Part shown: one piece after another, positions 51,152 to 60,085 of the stretch
Numbering within the stretch: position 1 is the first letter of the stretch
How the letters are laid out: every line of letters starts with the position of its first letter
Assembly: GCA_902592345.1 (NCBI GenBank)
Contig: CACJEE010000003.1
Location: 2,312-66,311 of the forward strand
Length of the DNA: 64,000 nt
Source: an uncultured Alphaproteobacteria bacterium
Lineage (GTDB): Bacteria > Pseudomonadota > Alphaproteobacteria > HIMB59 > GCA-002718135
Direction of reading: 5' to 3'
Notes under the pieces: model-generated
Told to the model about the DNA's origin: nothing
The model's database searches: none
Seen by the model: the letters and a program-made list of their open reading frames with translations, nothing else
Program-made: the position numbers and the translations under genes

Positions 51152-52921
51152 ATGGCTAAAATGACTACTGAGGAAGCTTTTGTAAAAGTTTTACAAATGC
51201 ACGGAATACAACATTCTTTTGGAATAATAGGATCAGCTTTTATGCCAATTTCAGATCTTTTTCCGAAAGCTGGTATTACTTTTTGGGATGTAGCACATGA
51301 GTCAAATGGTGGTTTAATCGCAGATGGCTATACAAGATCAACTGGTAAAATTGCTATGTGTATTGCGCAAAATGGACCAGGTATCACTGGATTAGTAACA
51401 CCAATAAAAACAGCTTATTGGAACCACACACCGATGCTTTTAGTTACTCCTCAAGCAGCAAATAAAACAATGGGTCAAGGTGGTTTTCAAGAAGTAGAAC
51501 AAATGAATTTATTTAAAGACATGGTGTGTTATCAAGAAGAAGTTCGTGATGCTTCTAGAATGGCAGAGGTGTTAAATAGAGTAATATTAAAAGCTAAAAG
51601 AGGATCAGCCCCAGCGCAAATAAATGTTCCACGAGATTTCTGGACCCAAGTTGTTGATATTGAATTACCCTCTATTATTGAATTTGAAAGACCATCTGGA
51701 GGAGCTGCAGCAATTACTGAGGCTGCAAAACTTTTATCAAATGCAAAATTTCCAGTAATATTATCTGGAGCAGGTGTAGTCCTTGCTGATGCTATTGAAG
51801 ATTGTAAAAAAATTGCTGAAAAATTAGATGCTCCTGTAGCTTGTGGATATCAACACAACGATAGTTTTCCAGGAAAACATCCACTTGCGATTGGCCCACT
51901 TGGATACAACGGATCTAAAGCAGCAATGGAAATTATTTCCAAGGCCGATGTAGTACTAGCACTTGGAACAAGATTAAATCCTTTTTCAACACTACCTGGT
52001 TATGGAATTGATTACTGGCCAAAAGAGGCAAAAATAATTCAAGTTGATTTTAACTCTGATAGAATTGGTTTAGCAAAAAAAATATCAGTAGGAATTTGTG
52101 GTGATGCTAAGCTTGTTGCTCAACAAATTCTAAGTCAATTATCTTCAACTGCAGGAGATAGTGGAAGAGAAGATAGAAAAGCATTAATACATCAGACTAA
52201 ATCAGCATGGCTTCAAACACTAACAAGTTTAGATCATGAAGAAGATGATGAAGGCACAACATGGAATAAAGATTCAAGGGAGAGAGATCCTGATAGAATG
52301 TCACCACGTATGGCTTGGAGAGCTATTCAAGCAGGCTTACCTGATGATGCTATAATTTCAAGTGATATTGGTAATAACTGTGCAATTGGTAATGCTTATC
52401 CTACTTTTGAACAAGGAAGAAAATACTTAGCTCCAGGTTTATTTGGACCATGCGGTTATGGTTTTCCATCTGTTTTAGGTGCAAAAATAGGTTGTCCTAA
52501 TACACCAGTTGTAGGTTTTTCTGGCGATGGTGCTTTTGGAATTAGTATGAGTGAGATGACTTCATGTAGTCGAGAAGAGTGGCCAAATATTACAATGGTT
52601 ATATTTCGAAATTATCAATGGGGAGCAGAGAAAAGAAATACCACCCTTTGGTACGATAATAACTTTATTGGAACAGAACTTGATCCAAAATTAAGTTATG
52701 CAAAAATTGCAGAAGCATGCGGCTTCAAAGGAGTTAAAGTTACAACTCAATCAGAGTTAACAGAAGCTCTTAAAGCATCATGTGTTGATCAAATGAATGG
52801 TACCACAACTTTTATCGAAGTCATTCTAAATCAAGAACTTGGTGAGCCATTTAGGAGAGATGCAATGAAAGCACCAGTTGAAGTAGCGGGCATTAATAGT
52901 CAGGATACTGTCGTTCAATAA
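51152..52921 (+). CDS. xsc: Sulfoacetaldehyde acetyltransferase (ThDP-dependent)
   Basis: The N-terminus 'MTTEEAFVKVLQMHGIQHSFGIIGSAFMPISDLF' matches my recollection of Xsc. ThDP motif 'GDGAFG'. The ATG at 51152 has a GGAG 8 nt upstream; the ORF track starts at the GTG at 51146. Confidence 0.85.
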   Translation: MAKMTTEEAFVKVLQMHGIQHSFGIIGSAFMPISDLFPKAGITFWDVAHESNGGLIADGYTRSTGKIAMCIAQNGPGITGLVTPIKTAYWNHTPMLLVTPQAANKTMGQGGFQEVEQMNLFKDMVCYQEEVRDASRMAEVLNRVILKAKRGSAPAQINVPRDFWTQVVDIELPSIIEFERPSGGAAAITEAAKLLSNAKFPVILSGAGVVLADAIEDCKKIAEKLDAPVACGYQHNDSFPGKHPLAIGPLGYNGSKAAMEIISKADVVLALGTRLNPFSTLPGYGIDYWPKEAKIIQVDFNSDRIGLAKKISVGICGDAKLVAQQILSQLSSTAGDSGREDRKALIHQTKSAWLQTLTSLDHEEDDEGTTWNKDSRERDPDRMSPRMAWRAIQAGLPDDAIISSDIGNNCAIGNAYPTFEQGRKYLAPGLFGPCGYGFPSVLGAKIGCPNTPVVGFSGDGAFGISMSEMTSCSREEWPNITMVIFRNYQWGAEKRNTTLWYDNNFIGTELDPKLSYAKIAEACGFKGVKVTTQSELTEALKASCVDQMNGTTTFIEVILNQELGEPFRRDAMKAPVEVAGINSQDTVVQ

Positions 52922-52995
52922 ACTTATTGATTTTCAATAATCATTGATTAATCTTTGCTTATATCTTTTTTTATAAAATAAATTAATAAGAACAT

Positions 52996-53916
52996 GTGAA
53001 TTTAATATTTTTGTTTATAGGTTTAGGTCTGCTTGTTTTTGGTGCTGAGTTAATTATTAGAGGTTCGATTAGTTTTGGCAAAAAATTAAAAGTTTCACTA
53101 TTTGCTATAGGCGTAGTTATTATTGCTGGAGGAACATCTTTACCAGAATTAGCAAGTAGTATTAATGCTGTAATTAAAAATCATGCTGATTTAGCTGTTG
53201 GTGCTGTTATTGGAAGCAATATTGCTAATTTAATACTAGTAATGGCCGCAACATCTTTTTTCATTCCTATTAGTAATATTAACCAAAATCAAATTAACCA
53301 AGCTTGGATAAACATTTTCTTAGCTTTAGTTTTAATAACTATGAGTTTTTTTATTTTACCTTTTAATTTTCTTTTTGGCATTTTATCTGTTTGTCTATTA
53401 TTTTTTATAATGTACATGCAAGTGAAACAGGGCTCACTTGATGTTTCTGATGTTAACGAAAAAGGAGATTATTCTCTTTTAATATCAATTATATTTATTT
53501 TAGTTGGAATATTATTGCTCATTTACGGATCAGATCTTTTCGTTAAATCGGCAATTAATATTGCAAATGAATTAAATATTCCAGAAGCTATAATAGGTGT
53601 ATCATTAGTTGCATTTGGTACTTCACTTCCTGAGCTAGTAGTTGGAATTTTATCAGCAATTAGACGTAAAGTTGATTTTGCTCTCGGTAATGTTTTGGGA
53701 TCAAATATTTATAATATCTTAGGTGTATTAGGTGTTTCTTCTTTTTTTGGAAACTTTAGCATACCAGCAGTAATAGGTTCTGAGGATTTACTATTTATGT
53801 TATTTGTAACTTTGATGATCTTAGGATTTATGTTTTTTTTAAAAAGAATTGGAAGAACCTATGGATCTATAAGTTTACTATTATACATTAGTTATATTTT
53901 TTATATTTATAGTTAA
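52996..53916 (+). CDS. Ca2+/Na+ antiporter family (CaCA/YrbG-like) membrane protein
   Basis: Two alpha-repeat motifs, 'GTSLPELASS' and 'GTSLPELVVG'. GTG start according to the ORF track. Confidence 0.85.
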   Translation: MNLIFLFIGLGLLVFGAELIIRGSISFGKKLKVSLFAIGVVIIAGGTSLPELASSINAVIKNHADLAVGAVIGSNIANLILVMAATSFFIPISNINQNQINQAWINIFLALVLITMSFFILPFNFLFGILSVCLLFFIMYMQVKQGSLDVSDVNEKGDYSLLISIIFILVGILLLIYGSDLFVKSAINIANELNIPEAIIGVSLVAFGTSLPELVVGILSAIRRKVDFALGNVLGSNIYNILGVLGVSSFFGNFSIPAVIGSEDLLFMLFVTLMILGFMFFLKRIGRTYGSISLLLYISYIFYIYS

Positions 53917-53924
53917 AAATCAAT

Positions 53925-54302
53925 TTAAAGATTTTTTTCTCCAAACACTTTTTTTGCCACTTTAAAACACTCTAACGCCTGAGGCACACCACAATAAATT
54001 CCTATAACATGAATAATAGCCCTTATCTCTTCTTTAGATACTCCATTCGTTATTGCTCCTCTGCAATGAATTTCCCATTCTTGCATTTTACCTAAAGCCC
54101 CAATCATTGATAGGTTCATCATTGATCGAGTTTTCATATCAATTACTTCATCTCCCCAACCAAAACCCCAACACCATTCAGTCATAGCCTTTTGAAAAGG
54201 CAGGGTAAAATCATCAGCTTGTTCTAAATTTTTTTCAACATATTCTTTACCTAAGGTAGCTTTTCTTTTTTCTAAACCTTTTTTAAATAATTCTTCATCC
54301 AT
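53925..54302 (-). CDS. Carboxymuconolactone decarboxylase (CMD/AhpD-like) family protein
   Basis: 125 aa with a 'W...GDEVIDMKTRSMMNLSMIGALG' CMD-domain pattern. Confidence 0.75.
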   Translation of the reverse strand: MDEELFKKGLEKRKATLGKEYVEKNLEQADDFTLPFQKAMTEWCWGFGWGDEVIDMKTRSMMNLSMIGALGKMQEWEIHCRGAITNGVSKEEIRAIIHVIGIYCGVPQALECFKVAKKVFGEKNL

Positions 54303-54348
54303 ATCTTCCTCTGTTTTTATTTATAAGTATGTTGTATATTATTATAAA

Positions 54349-55623
54349 ATGAATTTTAATACAAAAAATATCAATAGAAAAATTGGTCCGAAGTTTGGGG
54401 AAAAAGATTCTGTTGTAAACAACAGTTTCAAACCAAAACTTTATGAAGATAAAATTAATTTTGATCGTATGCGAATGTATCGATTGAATAGAGTAAGAGA
54501 TCAATTACTACAAAATGATATAGGTGCATGTATTTTATTTGATCCGATAAATATTCGTTACGCTACAGATACAAGAAATATGGCAGTATTTTCTTTTCAT
54601 CTTATGACGCGTTACGTTTTTATTCCTGCCAATGGACCAGTAATATTATTTGAATACCCAAATTGTGAACATATTTACGAGAACAATTGTACCATCGATG
54701 AAGTAAGAGAAGTGATCAGTTGGGATCATTTTACTTGGGGAAATAATGTTTATGATAAAGCTCTTGAATGGTCAAAGGTAATAGATGACCTAATGAAGCA
54801 ATATAGTTCTGAAAATCAAAAACTTATTATCGATGTTTGTGATCCAGCCGGTATGAATGCTTTAAATAATAATTATGAATACGACATAATTAACGCTCAA
54901 AAATTTATGGAAATTGCAAGATCCATAAAGTCCCAAGATGAAATTATATGCATGAAAGCTTCAATTAAAACAGCTGAGAAAGGTATTTTACTTATGCATG
55001 AAAATTTAAAAGCTGGCATGACAGAAGAAGAATTGTGGTCAATTTTACATAAAACAAACATTGAAAATGGAGGTGAGTGGTTTGAAACAAGATTATTAAA
55101 TTCAGGTCCAAAAACCAATCCCTGGTTTCAAGAGTGCAGTAATAAAATTATCCAAGAAGGTGAACTCGTTGCTTTTGATACAGATATGGTTGGGCCTTAT
55201 GGATATTGTGCTGATATTTCAAGAACATTTGTAGAAGGAAAAAAATTAAGCAATTATCAAAATAAAATTCATAGCTTGGCTTATGAAAATGTAAAATACA
55301 ATGAGCAATTAATTAAGCCTGGATTATCTTTCAGAGAATTTGCAGAAAAAGCTTGGCAACTTCCAGACAATTGTTTTGATAATCACTATCCATGTCAAAT
55401 ACATGGTGTTGGAATGAGTGATGAATGGCCGTATATTGGCTATCCGAATGCAGATTATAGTAATGGAGATTATAGTGGAATCTTTCAAGAAAATATGGTG
55501 GTGTGTGTTGAAAGCTATATTGGGGAGGTCGGAGCAAATGAAGGGGCAAAATTAGAAGATCAATATTTAGTTACTGAAAAGGGGCTGGAATTGTTATCTT
55601 CAATACCTCTTGATTTGGTTTAA
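54349..55623 (+). CDS. M24-family metallohydrolase (creatinase/prolidase fold; DddP-like candidate)
   Basis: Pita-bread ligand pattern 'FDTDMVGPYGYCADISR', 'HGVGMSDEWP', 'VESY' and 'KLEDQ'. 'GGEWFETRLLNSGPKTNPWFQEC' and 'FDPINIRYATD' resemble my recollection of DddP. Confidence 0.7.
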   Translation: MNFNTKNINRKIGPKFGEKDSVVNNSFKPKLYEDKINFDRMRMYRLNRVRDQLLQNDIGACILFDPINIRYATDTRNMAVFSFHLMTRYVFIPANGPVILFEYPNCEHIYENNCTIDEVREVISWDHFTWGNNVYDKALEWSKVIDDLMKQYSSENQKLIIDVCDPAGMNALNNNYEYDIINAQKFMEIARSIKSQDEIICMKASIKTAEKGILLMHENLKAGMTEEELWSILHKTNIENGGEWFETRLLNSGPKTNPWFQECSNKIIQEGELVAFDTDMVGPYGYCADISRTFVEGKKLSNYQNKIHSLAYENVKYNEQLIKPGLSFREFAEKAWQLPDNCFDNHYPCQIHGVGMSDEWPYIGYPNADYSNGDYSGIFQENMVVCVESYIGEVGANEGAKLEDQYLVTEKGLELLSSIPLDLV

Positions 55624-55629
55624 TTGTAT

Positions 55630-57672
55630 TTATAAATTTATTACTAATCTTAAAGCATCATAAATAGCTGCATGGATATTTCTAGAAGAAACAGCATCTC
55701 CTATTCTATATAAATTAAATTTGTTATTTTTATTTTTAATAATATTTTGTATCTGACCTTTTATAAATTTAGTGTAGTTCACTTCACCTTCATTTTTGGA
55801 AAAAGATACAAGATTAAAATATAATTCGTCTAAAGGTTTTACTCCGTAATTTAAAAAAATTTGATCGTAAATAGAGTTATTTTTAAAATTTTCATCATAA
55901 TCAGAACCAATTGTAGCATTTAATTTGTTTCCTTTTATTGATACATCTATCAATCTTTTAGCAATGGAATATGTTATTTTTTTATTTTGAAGATTTTTTA
56001 AATAAGGAGTTAAATTCATCCCCATTATTTCAGAAGAAATTAACCTATCTGGTGTCATAAATTCAACAGTTGACCCTTTCTCTATAGCTATTTCTGCTGA
56101 TTGCATAGCTGTATGATCACCTGCCTCATCATAGATTAATATATTTTCAGCTAACTTAACGTCCCCTGAAATTATATCCCAGCTTGTAAAAACATTTTCT
56201 AAATCTTTTTTTGTTTCAAAAAGTTCGAGGTTTGGCATACCTCCTGTCGCAATGATTATAGTGTCAGGGTTTTCATTAATCACATCTTGAGCTTCAGCAA
56301 TAATATTAAAATTGAATTTAACATTTTTCTTTAAGCATTGCTGCATTCTCCAATCAATAATACCCATCATATCTTTTCTTCTTGCAGATTTTGCGCATAA
56401 TCTAATTTGTCCTCCAGGATCAGGTGCTGCTTCAAAAACTATAACCTCATGACCTCTTTCTGCTGCTATTCTTGCCGCTTCAAGTCCTCCAGGTCCAGCA
56501 CCAACTACAACAATTTTCTTTTTTATTTTTGATTTACTAATAATATTTGGAAATTTTAATTCTCTTCCTGTTGCCGCATTATGAATACAAAGAGCCTCCT
56601 CACCTTGATAAATTCTGTCCAAACAATAAGTAGCCCCAACACAAGGTCTAATATCATCTTCTCTTTTTTCTTTTATTTTTTTTACAATATGTGGATCTGC
56701 TAAATGACCTCTTGTCATACCTATCATATCAACCAATCCATTTGAAATTGCATACCTAGCAGTTGCTACATCAGAAATTTTAGATGCATGAAAAATTGGT
56801 AAATTTACTTCTTTTTTTATTTCTCCTGCAAATTCGAGATGCGGAGCACTTTTCATACCTTGAATGGGAATATGTTTAGTTAGTATTGGATCAGTATGTA
56901 TTCTTCCTTTATTGATGTTTAAATAATCTATTAAACCTGAATCAGATAAGATTTTTGCAATTTTTAATCCATCTGATTTAGTTATTCCTCCTTTTTCCAC
57001 TTCATCAAAGACACAACGGATTCCTACAATAAATTTTTGACCAACTTTGCTTCTAATGTCTGAAAGAACATCAAGTGTAAAACGTAATCTATTTTCTAAA
57101 CTACCACCATATTCTGTTTGTAATTCATTTGTTAAAGGGGAAAGAAATTGACCAATTAAATGACCTTGACCTTCAAGTTCAACACCGTCCATACCACCTT
57201 GTTTCATTCTCTCAGCAGCATCACCATATTCTTTAATGATTCTTTCAATGTCCCAGCTCTCAGCAACTTTTGGAAATGCTTTATGCGCAGGTTCTCGGTG
57301 TTTTCCTGATGAAATAGATGGAAGCCAATCACCTTTATTCCAAGAAGTTCTTCTTCCAAGATGTGTTAACTGAATCATAATTTTACAATCTTGATCATGA
57401 ATAGCTTCAGTAAGTTTTTTAATCCAAGGAACAACTTCATCTTTGTAGGCATGAATATTGTCAAATGAAGGAGGGCTATCTTTTGAAACTACTGTTGATC
57501 CTGCAGTCATTGTCATGGCTATGCCTCCTTTTGCTCTCTCTAAATGATAGGCAACATATCTATCTTTTGGAAATCCATCCTCATTATAGGCTGGTTCATG
57601 ACTTGTCGTAATAATTCGATTTTTTAGATTCAAATGTTTCAATTTAAAAGATTGAAGTAATGAGTCTGTCAT
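55630..57672 (-). CDS. NADH:flavin oxidoreductase (OYE-like FMN domain fused to FAD/NAD(P) domain; StcD / N-methylproline demethylase-like)
   Basis: 680 aa. N-terminal TIM-barrel OYE pattern ('LKNRI...', 'GMDGVELEGQGHLIGQFLSP'), Cys cluster 'RPCVGATYCLDRIYQGEEALC' and 'VVVGAGPGGLEAAR' dinucleotide fold. Confidence 0.75.
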   Translation of the reverse strand: MTDSLLQSFKLKHLNLKNRIITTSHEPAYNEDGFPKDRYVAYHLERAKGGIAMTMTAGSTVVSKDSPPSFDNIHAYKDEVVPWIKKLTEAIHDQDCKIMIQLTHLGRRTSWNKGDWLPSISSGKHREPAHKAFPKVAESWDIERIIKEYGDAAERMKQGGMDGVELEGQGHLIGQFLSPLTNELQTEYGGSLENRLRFTLDVLSDIRSKVGQKFIVGIRCVFDEVEKGGITKSDGLKIAKILSDSGLIDYLNINKGRIHTDPILTKHIPIQGMKSAPHLEFAGEIKKEVNLPIFHASKISDVATARYAISNGLVDMIGMTRGHLADPHIVKKIKEKREDDIRPCVGATYCLDRIYQGEEALCIHNAATGRELKFPNIISKSKIKKKIVVVGAGPGGLEAARIAAERGHEVIVFEAAPDPGGQIRLCAKSARRKDMMGIIDWRMQQCLKKNVKFNFNIIAEAQDVINENPDTIIIATGGMPNLELFETKKDLENVFTSWDIISGDVKLAENILIYDEAGDHTAMQSAEIAIEKGSTVEFMTPDRLISSEIMGMNLTPYLKNLQNKKITYSIAKRLIDVSIKGNKLNATIGSDYDENFKNNSIYDQIFLNYGVKPLDELYFNLVSFSKNEGEVNYTKFIKGQIQNIIKNKNNKFNLYRIGDAVSSRNIHAAIYDALRLVINL

Positions 57673-57683
57673 ATAATTATTAT

Positions 57684-58883
57684 TTAATTTTTTGAAAAAT
57701 CATTATCGGTCAATGAAGTAGCTACCCACTTATTAAAATGGTGAGTAGGATTATCAAGAACTGGAGAAAAATTACCACCATTGTAAACAGGTGAATTTCT
57801 TCCTTCCTGCATACCTTCAATAATATTTATATCTTCAGTTTGAATGCTATGCCATTGTTCAAAATTTTGTTTTCTTAATGATTTATATGAATCATCAAGA
57901 GCAGCATCTTCACCAACATAATAGATTTCCATATGTTCCTTAGTAAAATTATGTGAAACAGGCTCTAACCAATAAGCATAATAATGGTCTTTGTGAATAC
58001 CAAGCATTACATTTGGAAATAGAGCGACGTATTCAGCATGTTCTTCTTTACCCTTTGCCCATCCAGGGAATGTTGGGAATTTTTCATTATTTTCAAATCT
58101 AGGATTATAGACAAGTGTGCCTTGTCCAGCAAAACGATTAGGTAGTCCTTGTATATGATAATGATCATCAATTTTTGAATAGGCATTTAGACCAGGATGA
58201 ACGAAAGGTAAGTGATAACTTTCACAATAGTTTTCTATTGCAAATTTCCAATTACATTTTGCTTCTAATTTGAAATATCCATAATCTTGAGCATGACAGA
58301 TCATTTCTTGATCTTGTTTTGTCCAAAAGTCAGACCATCTATCTTCAAGTGGTTCTATATATTTTTCAAAAGGTAATTCATTGCCTGCAATATTTACCAT
58401 GATTAAGTCGAGCCAAACAGATGATCGCACTTCTTTTAATCTACTTTTGGATTTATCAAAATCCTGATGCTCATGTTTATTTATTCCACCTAAATGAGGG
58501 GTGGCAATTAAATTTCCTTCAAAGTCATATGACCATGAGTGATAAGGACATCTTAATACATTTTTTAGAGCACAAGTTTCATTAACTAATTTATATCCCC
58601 TATGACTACAAACATTATGAAAAACTCTTATTTTCTTTTGTTTATCTCTAACTATTATTAGGGGAATACCAAGTAGATCAAAAGGTTTAACATCTCCTGG
58701 ATTTGGGACTGAACTTGCGACACCTATTGTAACCCACTTTTCTTCAAAGATTTTTTTACGTTCAATTTTACTATAAGGTCCATTTAAATAACATTCATTG
58801 GGAAGGCCGTGCGCTTTTTCTATATTCTCACTAACAATACTTAGCTTTTCTTTATCTATGAGTGTATAAATTTCTTTTTCCAT
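57684..58883 (-). CDS. Rieske [2Fe-2S] non-heme iron oxygenase (GbcA/Stc2/CntA-like N-demethylating monooxygenase family)
   Basis: Rieske motif 'CSHRG-x17-CPYHSW' and mononuclear iron motif 'ENYCESYHLPFVHP'. Confidence 0.8.
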   Translation of the reverse strand: MEKEIYTLIDKEKLSIVSENIEKAHGLPNECYLNGPYSKIERKKIFEEKWVTIGVASSVPNPGDVKPFDLLGIPLIIVRDKQKKIRVFHNVCSHRGYKLVNETCALKNVLRCPYHSWSYDFEGNLIATPHLGGINKHEHQDFDKSKSRLKEVRSSVWLDLIMVNIAGNELPFEKYIEPLEDRWSDFWTKQDQEMICHAQDYGYFKLEAKCNWKFAIENYCESYHLPFVHPGLNAYSKIDDHYHIQGLPNRFAGQGTLVYNPRFENNEKFPTFPGWAKGKEEHAEYVALFPNVMLGIHKDHYYAYWLEPVSHNFTKEHMEIYYVGEDAALDDSYKSLRKQNFEQWHSIQTEDINIIEGMQEGRNSPVYNGGNFSPVLDNPTHHFNKWVATSLTDNDFSKN

Positions 58884-58931
58884 AAAAACCTATCAAAACA
58901 CTAATTTAGGTTTTATAAAAGTCAAATTAAA

Positions 58932-59720
58932 ATGATCGGTAATAAAAAATTGATATTAGAAATTTGCAATATTTCTATAAGGGCAGGGAATAAAATTCTT
59001 AAATATTATAAAGATGATATAGAAGTTACTCATAAAAATGATTCTTCGCCTTTAACTCAAGCTGATTTAGCTTCAAATAAAATAATTAAAACCGCACTTC
59101 ATAATCTGGATACAACTATCCCAATTTTAAGCGAAGAATCACTTGTTGAATGGGACACCAGAAAGAGTTGGAATAAATACTGGTTAGTAGATCCTTTAGA
59201 CGGCACTAAGGAGTTTATTAAAAATAATGGAGAATTTACTGTTAATATTGCTTTGGTTGAAAAAAATAATCCAATTTTAGGAGTTATATTTGCACCTGCA
59301 AAATCAGTAATTTATTTTGCTCAAAAAGGATATGGATCATTTACAATAGATACTAGTAAAGAACTAAACAATCTTGATGAAGCAACACAAATATCTGTTT
59401 TAAAGCAATCTGACCCAGTGCGTATTATAGGAAGTCGTTCTCACTCTAATAATTCCTTTGCAACTTGGGTTAATGAAAAATTTCCTAACGCTCAAATTAT
59501 TCAAGCAGGTAGTTCACTAAAATTTTGCTTAATTGCGGATGGAAATGCTGATATTTATCCTCGTTTCGGCCCCACTTCTGAATGGGATATAGCTGCTGGT
59601 CATATTATTTTAAATGAAGCAGGTGGAAAGATATTAACTTTGAACAATAAAGAAATCAAATATAATCAAAAAGAGAGTCTATTAAATCCAGAATTTATTG
59701 CTTCTAACAATATTATTTAA
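58932..59720 (+). CDS. cysQ: 3'(2'),5'-bisphosphate nucleotidase
   Basis: 'WLVDPLDGTKEF', 'SEE' and 'EWDIAAG' motifs. Confidence 0.85.
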   Translation: MIGNKKLILEICNISIRAGNKILKYYKDDIEVTHKNDSSPLTQADLASNKIIKTALHNLDTTIPILSEESLVEWDTRKSWNKYWLVDPLDGTKEFIKNNGEFTVNIALVEKNNPILGVIFAPAKSVIYFAQKGYGSFTIDTSKELNNLDEATQISVLKQSDPVRIIGSRSHSNNSFATWVNEKFPNAQIIQAGSSLKFCLIADGNADIYPRFGPTSEWDIAAGHIILNEAGGKILTLNNKEIKYNQKESLLNPEFIASNNII

Positions 59721-60085
59721 AAAATAGTTGCACCAAATATTTTAATTTGTTCATCTTCAATGCCAAGTACGAGTCTTCCTAAAAAATCTCCAGAAACCTG
59801 ATTACTTTTTTGCTTAAATAGAACAGTAACAAATCCATCCCTGCGTAAACATCCTAAAAACATTTTATTTTCATCTAAGCTAGTAAGCAATTTATTACTT
59901 GCCCACTGCTTCCCAATTTCTACTTCATTAGCACCAAATAGCATTTTGGCAGAAAAATCTTTTACAAATTCAAAATAATCTTTTTTATTTGAACTATTTA
60001 CAAGATTATCCCATAGAGGATTTGCTATATCTAAAATTTCTTGATCAGATTTTTCAAGCAGATTCATTTTCTTCTTTTTCATCAA
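59717..60085 (-). CDS. Hypothetical protein (122 aa) overlapping the 3' end of aprA
   Basis: The ORF overlaps the aprA 3' end by 32 nt, or by 14 nt if it starts at the Met at 60067. No recognisable motif. Confidence 0.5.
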   Translation of the reverse strand: MMKKKKMNLLEKSDQEILDIANPLWDNLVNSSNKKDYFEFVKDFSAKMLFGANEVEIGKQWASNKLLTSLDENKMFLGCLRRDGFVTVLFKQKSNQVSGDFLGRLVLGIEDEQIKIFGATIF

